NCBI GenBank assembly: GCA_963816185.1
Contig: CAWFJJ010000001.1
Coordinates: 480,001 to 544,000, forward strand
From: Thermoanaerobaculia bacterium
GTDB lineage: Bacteria > Acidobacteriota > Thermoanaerobaculia > UBA5066
Reading direction: 5' to 3'
Length of the DNA: 64,000 nucleotides
The notes beneath the pieces are model-generated. The model saw only the letters and a list, made by a program, of their open reading frames with translations. It made no database searches and was not told the DNA's origin. Below are positions 31,624-41,782 of this stretch, piece after piece (the first letter of the stretch is position 1; each line of letters begins with the position of its first letter). Made by a program: the position numbers and the translations under genes.

Positions 31624-32757
31624 ATGGCCGTCGACTTCTATCGACATTCCCTCGGAGAAGAGGAAAAAGCCGCCGTCCGCGACGTCCTCGATTCTCTTTT
31701 CCTGACGACCGGGCAGAGAGTCTACGCCTTCGAGAAGGCCTTCGAGGACTATCTCGGCGTGCCCGCCGTCGTGTGCACGGCGCACGCCACGGCCGCCCTG
31801 CACATGTCCATGCTCGCGACGGGCATCGGCCCCCCGGACGAGGTCGTCACGACGCCGATGACGTTTCTGTCCTCGGCGAACGCGATCGTGTACGCGGGCG
31901 GAACGCCCGTTTTCGTCGATGTCGATGCCTCGACCGGAAATATCGACCCCGCCGCGGTCGAGGCGGCCATCACTCCGCGGACGAAGGCGATCATCGCCGT
32001 CGACCTCTACGGCCTCATGGCCGACATGGTCGCGCTCCGAAGTCTCGCCGACCGCCACGGCGTTACGCTCGTCGAAGACGCCGCGCATTGCATCGAAGGG
32101 CGCCGTGATGGCTTCGGGCCGGGACGGCTCGCCGATTTCGGCTGCTTCAGCTTCTACGCGACGAAGAACCTCACGTGCGGCGAGGGCGGCGCAATCACGG
32201 CCCGCGACGGAGCGAAAAAGAGCCTCCTCCGACAGCTCGGCTCGCACGGCATGTCGAAAAACGCGGCCGACCGGTATGCCGGCAAATACCAGCACTGGGA
32301 CATGGAGCGTCTTGGCTACAAGTACAACCTCTCGGACGTGAACGCGGCGCTCCTGCTGCCGCAGCTTCCGAAGCTCGCGGAACGGCTTCGGCGCCGCGAG
32401 GAGATCTGCCGCCGCTACGAGGCCGCGTTCCGCGAGACGCAGGGCGTTTCCTTCCCGATCGTGCCTGAGGGCATGACGTCCGGGCGCCACCTCTTCACGA
32501 TCTGGGTGGATCCCGAAAAGCGCGACGCCGTTCTCGCCGGCATCCAGGCGCGGGGCGTCGGCGTCGCGGTGAACTACCGCGCGGTGCATCTCACGAAGTT
32601 CTATCAGGAGCGTTTCGGCTTCCGCCGCGGCATGTTTCCCCGGGCGGAGCGCATCGGCGACTCCACGATCACGATCCCGCTCTGGCCCGCGATGACGGAC
32701 GCTCAGGTCGACGAGGTCATCGCGGCGGTGAAAGAGGCGGTCGCGACAGCGGGATAG
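31624..32757 (+). CDS. DegT/DnrJ/EryC1/StrS family PLP sugar aminotransferase
   Basis: ATAALH, DEVVTTPMTF, VEDAAH, FSFYATKNLTCGEGG, GYKYNLSD. Confidence 0.94.
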   Translation: MAVDFYRHSLGEEEKAAVRDVLDSLFLTTGQRVYAFEKAFEDYLGVPAVVCTAHATAALHMSMLATGIGPPDEVVTTPMTFLSSANAIVYAGGTPVFVDVDASTGNIDPAAVEAAITPRTKAIIAVDLYGLMADMVALRSLADRHGVTLVEDAAHCIEGRRDGFGPGRLADFGCFSFYATKNLTCGEGGAITARDGAKKSLLRQLGSHGMSKNAADRYAGKYQHWDMERLGYKYNLSDVNAALLLPQLPKLAERLRRREEICRRYEAAFRETQGVSFPIVPEGMTSGRHLFTIWVDPEKRDAVLAGIQARGVGVAVNYRAVHLTKFYQERFGFRRGMFPRAERIGDSTITIPLWPAMTDAQVDEVIAAVKEAVATAG

Positions 32758-32799
32758 AGCTCAAGGCGGCCGCGAGGGATACGCACGCGGCGCGGTTCC

Positions 32800-34617
32800 T
32801 CACGCCGGCCCGGTCGACTCCACGATTCTCAGAAGGTCTTTTGCGGGGTCGAGCTCTATGCCGGCGACGAACTTCTTCGAGAGGTTCGGGACGGTGACCG
32901 TCGTCGTCGAGATGCCGTCGAGGTTCACGGTCACATCGAACGTCGACCCATCGAGGACCGTGAGCCGAACGACGAGCGTGAAGACGTAGAACGGCTTGTC
33001 GTTCGGACCCGCGACCGGATGGACGACGGTGTGGCCCTGCGTCTGTGTGACCGCCAGCGTCACCGTCGAGGCGTCAGGCGCGTTCTGGTACGTAGCGCGG
33101 AGAACCGGCCGGAAAGGCGTCTCGACCCACTGGTCGAAGAACTGCTTCAGGTCGAGGCCGCTCGCCCTCTCGAAGTCGGCTCGGAGGTCGGCGCGCGATG
33201 CCGTTCCCCACGCGTGCGCGTCTCCGTAGGCGCGAAGCGCCGGGAAGAAGGTGGCGTCGCCCACGAGCCGGCGGAGCATGTGCAGCGCGCGCGCCCCTTT
33301 GTAATAGACGGAGCCCGTGTTCGCGAACGGCGCAGACGGGTCGGCCACGACGGGCGGCGCGAGGCGGCCTCCGTAGAGGTTGTCGTCGTAGGACGCCGAC
33401 AGAGTGGCCCCGGGCGCGAATCCGAGCGCCTTCTCGAGGTACAGGACCTCGCCGTACGTCGCGAACCCTTCGTTCAGCCAGACGTCGTCCCACGTCCGCA
33501 TCGTCACGCGGTCGCCCCACCAGTCGTGCGAGAGCTCGTGGACGAGGAGCGTCGTGATGTCCCGGTCCGTGTTCGCGAGGATGCCCGTACCGATCGACGT
33601 CATCGTCGGGTGCTCCATGCCGCCCGAGAAGGACGAGGCGACGATGCCGTACTTCGTGTCGAGAAACGGGTACTCGCCGAATATCGACGCCTGCGTTGCG
33701 ATGTGGTTCTTGATCGCAGAGAGCCGGGCGACGTTTTCGGCCGCGTACTCGGGCAGGAGGTACGAGCGGATCGGCATCGTCCGTCCGTCGAGCGCCGTGT
33801 ACGTGTCCTCGACGGTCACGTAGTTCGCGACGTTGAGGGACACGAGGTACGTCGAGATGGCTTGCGGGAGCCTCCACGTATACGTGCTCCGGCCGCCGCC
33901 CGCGTCGGCGACCGAGACCGTGCCGGCGGAGGCCGCGACGTAGCCCGCCGGAACCGTGGCGTGAACGGTGACGACGGCCTTGTCCTTCGGGTCGTCCACG
34001 CAGGGCCAGAACGTGCGCGCGAGAAACGGCTCGGCCACGCTCGTCGCGGCGTAGCCCGATTCGTGCTGCCAGAAATCGATGGCGGCCGCCGCGGGCGGCT
34101 GCCCGCCGTACGAGACCGAGATCGTCGCCCGCTCCTCGGCGCCGAGCGGCGGATCGAACGGGATCACGAGCTTCCCGGACGCGTGAACGGCCGCCACGGC
34201 GACGCCGTCGCGCAGCGCCGCCGTCACGGAGTACGCGTCGTCGAAGTCGAGTGCAAGGGAAGAGGTCTTTCGCGCGAAGCCGGCCACGCGGATGACGGTC
34301 GTCCCCGACAGGAACCTCACGGCGGGGTCCATGTCGAACGAGACGTCGTATGAGAGGACGTCGATGCCGCGGTCCGCGCCTTCGACCGACGGAGGAACGC
34401 CGGCCGCGGCGCGCGCGGCGGCGGCGGCTTCGAAACGCGCGCGCTTGGCCGCGGCCTCGACGTGCTCGCGAAACGGGCTGCGGTCGATGCCGAGGGAGGG
34501 AAAAGAGGATGCTGCGAATGAAAGAGAGAGAAGGAAGAATGCCGCGAGCACGCCTGCCGCCAACGAGTGGGCCGGGGATGGGCCGCCGCGGGGACCGTCT
34601 CTCCTCCTTCTAAGCAT
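32800..34617 (-). CDS. M1 family zinc aminopeptidase, secreted
   Basis: EPFLARTFWPCVDDPKDKA, GGMEH, HELSHDWWGD, WLNEGFATY, YYKGARALHMLR. Confidence 0.92.
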   Translation of the reverse strand: MLRRRRDGPRGGPSPAHSLAAGVLAAFFLLSLSFAASSFPSLGIDRSPFREHVEAAAKRARFEAAAAARAAAGVPPSVEGADRGIDVLSYDVSFDMDPAVRFLSGTTVIRVAGFARKTSSLALDFDDAYSVTAALRDGVAVAAVHASGKLVIPFDPPLGAEERATISVSYGGQPPAAAAIDFWQHESGYAATSVAEPFLARTFWPCVDDPKDKAVVTVHATVPAGYVAASAGTVSVADAGGGRSTYTWRLPQAISTYLVSLNVANYVTVEDTYTALDGRTMPIRSYLLPEYAAENVARLSAIKNHIATQASIFGEYPFLDTKYGIVASSFSGGMEHPTMTSIGTGILANTDRDITTLLVHELSHDWWGDRVTMRTWDDVWLNEGFATYGEVLYLEKALGFAPGATLSASYDDNLYGGRLAPPVVADPSAPFANTGSVYYKGARALHMLRRLVGDATFFPALRAYGDAHAWGTASRADLRADFERASGLDLKQFFDQWVETPFRPVLRATYQNAPDASTVTLAVTQTQGHTVVHPVAGPNDKPFYVFTLVVRLTVLDGSTFDVTVNLDGISTTTVTVPNLSKKFVAGIELDPAKDLLRIVESTGPA

Positions 34618-34653
34618 CTCTTGGCCGTCCCCCGGTGATGTGTCCCTGCAATC

Positions 34654-36045
34654 TCATGCGAGGAGCTTTCCGATGGCCTCGCCGCTCGCGATGCGCTCGC
34701 CGAGGGCGATGCCGTCGCGGAAGCCGCCGGTCACGTGCAGCGCGCCGGGCGCCGCCGCGTCGAGTGCGACGAGGTCCTGCTCGAGCGCCGCGAGCGTGCG
34801 GTGATGGCCGAGCGGAAGCTGCGGGATCGCCTCCGGCCACCGCGCGATCCACGACCGGGCGGCCGGGCCCAGGCGCGGGAAGAAGCGTGCGACCTCCGCC
34901 GATGCGACCGCGAGGAGGTCCTCGTCGGGCGCGCTCGCCAGCCTGCTGTCGAGGGCTCCGCCGAGGAACGACGTCGTGAGAACGAAGCCTTCGGGCGCCC
35001 GCCCCGTGAAGAGCGACGCCGGATAAAGGATGCCGAGGGAGCGAAATCCTTCCACCTGGGGGATGAGCCCGCCAAACCCGTGCGGAGCGTCGTGCGGCGA
35101 GGCCGGCGCGCGGTATGCCTGCATGACCACGGTGACGGGCGAGTACGCCACGAGAGCGAGGCCCGCGGTCGAGCGCGTCAGGACGCCGCCGAGGAGCCGC
35201 GCGTCCGCAGAGGCCGAGAGCGTCGACACGAGAACGTCGGCGTCGAAGGTCCGCCCGTCGGCAGTGCGCACCGTCCAGCGCCGCCCCGGCGGGGCCGGTG
35301 TGCGCGGCCCTTCGATCGTGACGACGGCCGTGCCCAGCTCCAAATGGAAGCCGGGTTGCGAAGAGAGACGTTGTTGAAGAGTCTCTATGAGGGTGTAGAG
35401 GCCGCCGTCGAACGTGAGGGTCCGAGCGCGATGTCGCGGCGCACCCGCAGCTCCGCCCTCTTTCTTCTTCGTCCTTCTAAGAAATCCTCTTATGACGCTT
35501 CCCGCTGCTCCCTCCGCCTCCCACAGGCGCGGGAACGCCGATCGAATCGAAAGCGAGCGCGGATCGCCCGCGTAGACTCCGGACACCATCGGCCCCGCGC
35601 CGTACACCGCCGCCTCCTCGCCGAAGCGCCGCGCGAAGAAGGAGTGGACGCTCTCGTCGTCCAAAGACGCGGGCCGCGGCGCCACGAACGGCTCCTTGAG
35701 GAGGCGCAGCTTTCCCTTCATCGTGAAGACCTTGTTGAAGAGCGCAGCGGGGCCGGGCACGACCGCGCGGGGCGAGCCGCCGCGTACGATCCAGCGCGGA
35801 GCCTTGCGGTCGGCCTTGACGGTACGAGCCGCGAGACCGAGATCGGCGAGGAGGCGCTCGGCGGCCTCGGTCGTGCGCAGCGTGTTCGGCCCGCATTCGA
35901 GCGTGAACCCGTCCTCCCGGATCGTCCTGATCGAGCCGCCCGCCTGCGGCCCCGCCTCGAGGATGACCGTCTCGCCCTCTCTCCCGCGCCGGAACGCGGT
36001 CGTGAGGCCCGCGATCCCGCCTCCGAGGATGACGACGCGTGTCAC
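34654..36045 (-). CDS. hemY: Protoporphyrinogen/coproporphyrinogen oxidase, HemY type
   Basis: VVILGGGIAGL, GGSIRT, ECGPN, SGVYAGDPRSLS, WPEAIPQ; GTG 36045 overlaps the hemH stop. Confidence 0.92.
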   Translation of the reverse strand: MTRVVILGGGIAGLTTAFRRGREGETVILEAGPQAGGSIRTIREDGFTLECGPNTLRTTEAAERLLADLGLAARTVKADRKAPRWIVRGGSPRAVVPGPAALFNKVFTMKGKLRLLKEPFVAPRPASLDDESVHSFFARRFGEEAAVYGAGPMVSGVYAGDPRSLSIRSAFPRLWEAEGAAGSVIRGFLRRTKKKEGGAAGAPRHRARTLTFDGGLYTLIETLQQRLSSQPGFHLELGTAVVTIEGPRTPAPPGRRWTVRTADGRTFDADVLVSTLSASADARLLGGVLTRSTAGLALVAYSPVTVVMQAYRAPASPHDAPHGFGGLIPQVEGFRSLGILYPASLFTGRAPEGFVLTTSFLGGALDSRLASAPDEDLLAVASAEVARFFPRLGPAARSWIARWPEAIPQLPLGHHRTLAALEQDLVALDAAAPGALHVTGGFRDGIALGERIASGEAIGKLLA

Positions 36046-37031
36046 GCGGCGGCCTTTCCGACGATGTCGGCGAGCGCGCGAATGAACGCCGGATGGTCGT
36101 TGAGGCCCTCGGCGACCGCGTAATGCGGGATGCCGAGGCGTGCCGCTTCGTCGCCGAAGAGCAGCCGGATCTCGTAGAGCGTCTCGACGTGGTCCGACAC
36201 GAAGGCGACCGGTACGACGAGCACCTGTTTTTCGCCTGCCTTCGCGAGGTCCGCGAGGACCTGAGGTGTCGATGGGCCGAGCCATTCGACGGGCCCGACC
36301 TTCGACTGGTACCCGAGGCGCGACCGGTAGCGGTTCCCGAGCGCCGCGTCGATCAACCGAACGGTCTCCTCGATCTGGCGCGGATAAGGGTCCTTCTCCC
36401 TCGTCACGGTCTTGACGGGCAGCGAATGCGCCGAATAGAGGATCACGGTCCTCTTGGGATCCGGGTCCGGCAGGAGGGCGGCCGCGGCGAGAATGCGGTC
36501 CACGTGCGCCGCGATGAAGCCCGGTTCGTCGAACCACGCGTCGGGCGCGAGCCGGCATTCCGGCGCCCAGCCGTTCGCGGCGAGAGCTTTCGAGACGCGG
36601 GCGAACGAGCCGCGCGTCGTCGTCACGGAGTACTGGGGATAGAGCGGCAGGACGAGAAGCCGCGTGGCTCCCGCAAGGCGCAGCTCCTCGAGAGCGGTCT
36701 CCACGGTGGGCGCAGAGCATGTCATGCCGACTCGCACGGCGGGTGCAGGAGCGGCGGCCTCCGTCCGAAGGCCGAGCGCCTCCTCGAGAAGCCGGGCCTG
36801 CGTTTCCGACCAGCGGCGGATCGGCGACCATCCGATGCGCTCGTAGATCTCGGCTGATTTCGGCGCGCGGAGCGTCGCGATCGTCCACGCTACGAGCTTT
36901 CGCAAGGGTGCGAATCGAATGTTCAGGATCTCGGGATCCACGAACAGCTCGTAGAGAAACGGCTTGAGCTCTGCACGGGATTCGGGGCCTCCAAGCTGCA
37001 CGAGGAGGACGCCCAGCTTCTCGCCGCTCAC
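36042..37031 (-). CDS. hemH: Ferrochelatase
   Basis: GVLLVQLGGP, LPLYPQYSVTT, SAHSLP, YQSKVGPVEWLGP, FVSDHVETLYEI. Confidence 0.95.
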   Translation of the reverse strand: MSGEKLGVLLVQLGGPESRAELKPFLYELFVDPEILNIRFAPLRKLVAWTIATLRAPKSAEIYERIGWSPIRRWSETQARLLEEALGLRTEAAAPAPAVRVGMTCSAPTVETALEELRLAGATRLLVLPLYPQYSVTTTRGSFARVSKALAANGWAPECRLAPDAWFDEPGFIAAHVDRILAAAALLPDPDPKRTVILYSAHSLPVKTVTREKDPYPRQIEETVRLIDAALGNRYRSRLGYQSKVGPVEWLGPSTPQVLADLAKAGEKQVLVVPVAFVSDHVETLYEIRLLFGDEAARLGIPHYAVAEGLNDHPAFIRALADIVGKAAA

Positions 37032-38455
37032 AACGTTCGGGAGAAGATCTTCGGCGCGTCGGGCGCTTTCTGCTCGAGGTAGGCGTCGAACAGCATGGCG
37101 ACGTTCCGGATGAAGATCCGCCCGAGCGCCGTCACGCGGATCTCGTCCCGCGTCAGCTCGACCATCTCGTCCGCGACGAACTCGGGAAGCCGCGCCATGG
37201 CCGAGGCGAAGGTCTCGTCGAACGAACGGAGGGAGTACGCGCGTTCGATCGCGCGCTTGTCGATGACGCAATGGCAGAGCAGCCGCGTGATGACGTCGCG
37301 CCTGAGGAAGTCGTCCCGCGTGAGCCGGTGCCCTTTGACGGTCGAGAAGCGTGCCTCCTCCGTCGCTTGGTGATAGTGGGCGTAGTCCTTCGTGTTCTGG
37401 ACGTACGCGTCGTCGATCGAGCCGATCGCCGAGACTCCCAGCCCGTAGAGATCGCAGCCGGCGTGCGTCGTGTAGCCCTGGAAGTTGCGGGTGAGGGTGC
37501 GGTCCTGCTGCGCCTTGACGATCTCGTCGTGCGGTAGCGCGAAGTGGTCCATGCCGATATAGGTGTAGCCCGCCGCGGTGAAACGCTCGATGCCGGAGAC
37601 GAAGATCGCGAACTTTTCGGTGCCTTCGGGCAGGTGGGCCGCGAGGACACGCTGCGGCCGCTTGAGCCATGGCACGTGCGCGTAGGAGTACATCGCGACG
37701 CGGTCGGGGTGCAGCGAGATGATGTCCTCGACGCTCTTCTCGAAGCCCGCGCGCTTCTGGCCGGGGAGGCCGTAGATCATGTCGAGGTTCACGGAGGCGT
37801 AGCCGAGCGCGCGCGCGGCGTCGACGAGCGTCTTCGTCATCTCGAAGGGCTGGATGCGGTTTACGAGCTCCTGCACCTCGGGGTCGAAGTCCTGCACGCC
37901 CATCGACACGCGGTTGAAGCCGCGGTCCTTCAGGACGGCGAGGTGCTCCGGCGTCGTCACGCGCGGATCCACCTCGACGGAGATTTCCGCGTCGCCGGCG
38001 GGCCGGAACGTTTCGAGGAGGTGCTGCGCGAGCCGGTCCGCCTGCTTCGGCGTCAGGTACGTCGGCGTGCCGCCGCCCCAGTGCACCTGCTTGATCGCGC
38101 GCGCGCGGTCGACGTGCGACGCGAGGATGTCGATCTCGCGATGGACGTCCGCGAGGTAAGGCTCGATTTCCTCGCGCGAGTCGCCCTGACGGTCCGGTTT
38201 CGGGACGATCTTCATGAAGCAGCCGCAGAACCAGCACTGCTCGTCGCAGAAGGGAAGATGGACGTAAAGGGAGACGGGCGACTCCTTCGCGTTCGCGCGT
38301 GCGCACGCGGCCTCGTAGTCGGCGGGGGAGGACTCGGTCCACTCCGGCGCCGTCGGATATGACGTGTACCGCGGGCCCTGGACGTTGTACTTTTCGAGCA
38401 GCTCGGTCGTCATCGGGAGCGTCTCGCCCCGGAGCCGGATCGGAATGGCCGTCAC
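37028..38455 (-). CDS. hemN: Oxygen-independent coproporphyrinogen III oxidase (radical SAM)
   Basis: GPRYTSYPTA, YVHLPFCDEQCWFCGC, HWGGGTPT, IGMDHFA, RNFQGY, FSRTL. Start GTG 38455 or ATG 38413. Confidence 0.95.
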   Translation of the reverse strand: MTAIPIRLRGETLPMTTELLEKYNVQGPRYTSYPTAPEWTESSPADYEAACARANAKESPVSLYVHLPFCDEQCWFCGCFMKIVPKPDRQGDSREEIEPYLADVHREIDILASHVDRARAIKQVHWGGGTPTYLTPKQADRLAQHLLETFRPAGDAEISVEVDPRVTTPEHLAVLKDRGFNRVSMGVQDFDPEVQELVNRIQPFEMTKTLVDAARALGYASVNLDMIYGLPGQKRAGFEKSVEDIISLHPDRVAMYSYAHVPWLKRPQRVLAAHLPEGTEKFAIFVSGIERFTAAGYTYIGMDHFALPHDEIVKAQQDRTLTRNFQGYTTHAGCDLYGLGVSAIGSIDDAYVQNTKDYAHYHQATEEARFSTVKGHRLTRDDFLRRDVITRLLCHCVIDKRAIERAYSLRSFDETFASAMARLPEFVADEMVELTRDEIRVTALGRIFIRNVAMLFDAYLEQKAPDAPKIFSRTL

Positions 38456-38527
38456 GCGCGCGAGGTTAGCACCCGGCGGGACGGTTCCCACGTCCAGGTC
38501 GCGTGCACGAACGACCCAATCGCTCGA

Positions 38528-39574
38528 TCACGTCGGCAGCGGCGCGCGCGCGGCCGCCACGAAGGCCGCGACGTTCTCGGGCGCCGTGGGCGGGAGGATG
38601 CCGTGGCCGAGGTTCACGATGTGGCCGACGGGACCGGCCGCGCGGCGGGCGGCGAACACGGCTTCCCTCACGCCTTCCGGTGTTCCGAGGAGGACGCCGG
38701 GGTCGACGTTTCCCTGCAGCGCCTTGCCTTTCGCACGTTTCCTCGCCTCGTCGAGCGGGAGCTTCCAGTCGATGGAGAGGACGTCGACGGGCATTTGCGC
38801 GAACGAATCGACGAGATGCGTCGAGCCCGAGGCGAAGAGGATGACCGGAACCTGCGAGCGCCGCGGCAGGTGCGACACGAGCCGCTCGGTCGCGGGGCGC
38901 GCGAATCGGTCGTAGTCGGCGCGCGAGAGCTCGCCCGCCCACGAGTCGAAGACCTGGACGACGTCGGCGCCGGCTTCGATCTGCGCGGCGAGGTATTTGC
39001 CGCAGGAGTCGGCGAGCTTCGCGAGAAGCTCTTCGAGCAGCTTCGGCTCGCGGTGCATCATGGCCTTGACCGTCGCGAACGACTTCGACGAGCCTCCCTC
39101 GATCGCGTACGTCGCGAGGGTCCACGGCGCCCCGCAGAACCCGATCGTGGCCGCCGCGTCGTGGACGATCCTCTTCAGGCCGCGATGGATCTCCGTCACG
39201 AACGCGGTCTCGACGTTCGGATCGAAATCGTGGAGAGACGCCACGTCGCGCTCGGTGCGGACGGGGCTCGGAAGCTGCGGCCCTTCCTCGTCGAGCCGGA
39301 CCTCGAGGCCCATCGGCGGAAGAGGGATCAGGATGTCGGAGAAGAAGACGACGCCGTCCATGCCGAAGCGCCGGAAGGGCTGGAGGGACACCTCGATGGC
39401 GGCCGGGACGTCCGCGCACAGCTCGAGGAACTTGAGCCTCTTGCGGACCTCGCGGTACTCGGGCAGATAGCGTCCGGCCTGTCGCATGAGCCAGACGGGC
39501 GGGAGGTCCGTCGGACGGCCGAAGGCGGCGTCGACGAAGCGCTGGCGGGACGGTGCCGGAGCAGCCTGGGGCAT
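38528..39574 (-). CDS. hemE: Uroporphyrinogen decarboxylase
   Basis: PVWLMRQAGRYLPEY, FFSDIL, GFCGAPWTLATY, QVFDSW, NLGHG. Confidence 0.96.
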   Translation of the reverse strand: MPQAAPAPSRQRFVDAAFGRPTDLPPVWLMRQAGRYLPEYREVRKRLKFLELCADVPAAIEVSLQPFRRFGMDGVVFFSDILIPLPPMGLEVRLDEEGPQLPSPVRTERDVASLHDFDPNVETAFVTEIHRGLKRIVHDAAATIGFCGAPWTLATYAIEGGSSKSFATVKAMMHREPKLLEELLAKLADSCGKYLAAQIEAGADVVQVFDSWAGELSRADYDRFARPATERLVSHLPRRSQVPVILFASGSTHLVDSFAQMPVDVLSIDWKLPLDEARKRAKGKALQGNVDPGVLLGTPEGVREAVFAARRAAGPVGHIVNLGHGILPPTAPENVAAFVAAARAPLPT

Positions 39575-39671
39575 GGCGCGGGAGGTTAGCATCGCGATGC
39601 GCGACGGTTCGTCGCTTCCCTGATGCATCCGTACTGATTCTCGCCCGGAGGGGGTTCCTATAATCGCCGAT

Positions 39672-40514
39672 GTGACCGGGGCCGCGCAGCTTGCTTCGAC
39701 TCTGGGATGGGTGGCCCTCGTCGCGTACGCCCTTTCGGCGGTTCTCTACGCGATGTCCCTGTTCCGGACGGCCGAGTCGATCGGCCGGTCGGCGACGGCT
39801 TTCGCGGTTCTCGGTGCCGTCTGCAACTTCGGCACGCTCTACGCGCGCTCTCTTGCTCTCCACAGCGTGCCGTACCGCGACCTTCTCGGCTCGATGAAGC
39901 TCTTCGGCTTCTTCCTCGCCGTGATGAACATCGTGCTCGAGCTCCGCCACAAAGACCGCTCCCTTGGGCCGTTCCTGATGCCCGCGGCCCTCGTGTTTCT
40001 CGTGCTTGCGGCCGTTCAGACGACGCCCGTTCCCAAGGACGCGCCGGAGCTGAAAGGCCCGGTTTTCGCCCTCCACGTCACGCTCAACATGCTCGCGTAC
40101 GCCGCGTTCGCGGTCGCCTGCGCGCTCTCGCTGCTTTATGTCGTCGTGGGGCGTTCGCTGAAGAAGCGTGCCTTGACGGGTCCCGCCTCGCGGCTCCCGA
40201 GCCTCTCGTACCTCGAGCGCGCGAACCGGACGTCGCTTTCTCTGGGCATCCTCTCGCTCACGGTCGGGGTTCTCCTCGGTCTCTTCTGGGCGTCGCGTAT
40301 GTGGAAAGGAGAGCACCCGCTGTGGGCGCTCGACCCGAAGATCTGGTTCGCGCTCGCGACGCTCGCGTTCTACGTCTTCGTCCTCGTGCGCGCGCGCCGG
40401 GGTGCGGCGCCCGTCTCGACGGCCCGGCTCTCGATCGCCGGGTTCGTGCTCGTCCTCCTCTCCTACACGGCCGTCAACCTCCTCGTCAGCAAGCTGCACG
40501 ATTTCGCCTCATGA
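39672..40514 (+). CDS. CcsA/HemX-like cytochrome c assembly membrane protein
   Basis: About 8 TM helices; FALHV, LPSLSYLE, GLFWA..W...WALDPKIW, terminal LHDF; directly upstream of hemA. Confidence 0.85.
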   Translation: MTGAAQLASTLGWVALVAYALSAVLYAMSLFRTAESIGRSATAFAVLGAVCNFGTLYARSLALHSVPYRDLLGSMKLFGFFLAVMNIVLELRHKDRSLGPFLMPAALVFLVLAAVQTTPVPKDAPELKGPVFALHVTLNMLAYAAFAVACALSLLYVVVGRSLKKRALTGPASRLPSLSYLERANRTSLSLGILSLTVGVLLGLFWASRMWKGEHPLWALDPKIWFALATLAFYVFVLVRARRGAAPVSTARLSIAGFVLVLLSYTAVNLLVSKLHDFAS

Positions 40515-41782
40515 ACCTGCTCTTCGTCGGATGGGACCATCGCGCGGCACCTCTCGATCTGAGAGAGAGACTCGCGTTCACGCCGGAAAAGGCGCGCGAG
40601 GCGCTCGACGGGCTCTTCCAGGAGCACATCCTGTCCGAAGGCGCGATCGTGTCCACGTGCAACCGCGCCGAGATCTACGGGATGTCCGACCGCGAGGACG
40701 GGCTCGACGCGCTCGCCGGTTTCTTCTCGCGGTTTCACCGCGTGGATGACGCGCTCCTGCGCCGGACGGCTCTTTCGGGCCACGGCGACGCGACGGTGAG
40801 GCACCTCTTCCGCGTGGCCGCGGGTCTCGACTCGATGGTCCTCGGCGAGGCGCAGATCCTCGGGCAGATCCGCGAGGCGCACCGCCTCGCGACGGCGGCC
40901 GGCACGGTGCGAACCGTGACGAACCGGCTGTTCATGAGCGCGCTCGAATGCGGCAAGCGCGTCCGTGCCGAGACGGCGCTCGGCCACAAACCGACGTCCG
41001 TCGCGGGGCTCGCACTCCTCCTCGCGGGGCGCATCTTCGAATCGCTGAAAGACAGGAGAGTCCTCCTGATCGGCGCCGGAGAGACGGCCGAGCTCACGGC
41101 CCGGCTTCTCGCCGAGGACGGCGTGTCGGAAATCCTCGTCGCGAACCGCTCGCACGAGACGGGCGAGGCCCTCGCCGCGACAATCCACGGCCGGGCCGTG
41201 CGGTGGGAAGAGCGTGCCCGGGCGGCCGCCTCCGTCGATCTCGTCCTCTCGGCCACGAACGCAACCGAGCCCGTTCTGACCGCCGGGGCCTTGCGCACCG
41301 CGCTTCACGGCGCGCCGCGGCGCGGCCCGCTTCTCGTTCTCGACCTGGCCGTCCCGCGCGACGTCGAGCCCGAGGTCGGCGAGCTCACCGATGTGTACCG
41401 GTACGATCTCGACTCCCTTCAGGAGATGGCGGCGGTGAATGCGCGGGCGCGCGCCGGCGAGGTGCCGCATGCCGAGGCGATCGTCGAGGAGAGCGTCCGG
41501 AGATTCCAGGAGTGGTGGGGCGGGCTCCTGCAGGGCGACGTCGTGCGCGGCCTGAGGGAGAAGCTCGAGAGCATCCGGCGCGCCGAGCTCGAGAAGCACG
41601 CCGGCAAGCTCGCCGCGCTCGACCCGGCCGCACGGGCGGCGGTCGAGCGCCTGACGGAGACCCTCGTCGCCCACATCCTCCACGACCCGACGGTGGGTCT
41701 GAAGGAAGGGGACGGCTCCGAGCGTCTCGAGCGCGCCGCGGCCGTACGCGCCCTTTTCCACCTCGACGAGGGACCGAAATGA
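40511..41782 (+). CDS. hemA: Glutamyl-tRNA reductase
   Basis: HRAAPLDLRERLAF, STCNRAEIY, HLFRVAAGLDSMVLGEAQILGQ, IGAGE, DLAVPRD. Confidence 0.96.
   Translation: MNLLFVGWDHRAAPLDLRERLAFTPEKAREALDGLFQEHILSEGAIVSTCNRAEIYGMSDREDGLDALAGFFSRFHRVDDALLRRTALSGHGDATVRHLFRVAAGLDSMVLGEAQILGQIREAHRLATAAGTVRTVTNRLFMSALECGKRVRAETALGHKPTSVAGLALLLAGRIFESLKDRRVLLIGAGETAELTARLLAEDGVSEILVANRSHETGEALAATIHGRAVRWEERARAAASVDLVLSATNATEPVLTAGALRTALHGAPRRGPLLVLDLAVPRDVEPEVGELTDVYRYDLDSLQEMAAVNARARAGEVPHAEAIVEESVRRFQEWWGGLLQGDVVRGLREKLESIRRAELEKHAGKLAALDPAARAAVERLTETLVAHILHDPTVGLKEGDGSERLERAAAVRALFHLDEGPK

Noticed and set aside
35473-35486. Dispersed motif as parS, matS, KOPS, Chi or a known DUS
   Set aside because: Does not match TGTTTCACGTGAAACA, GTGACRNYGTCAC, GGGNAGGG, GCTGGTGG, GCCGTCTGAA or AAGTGCGGT.
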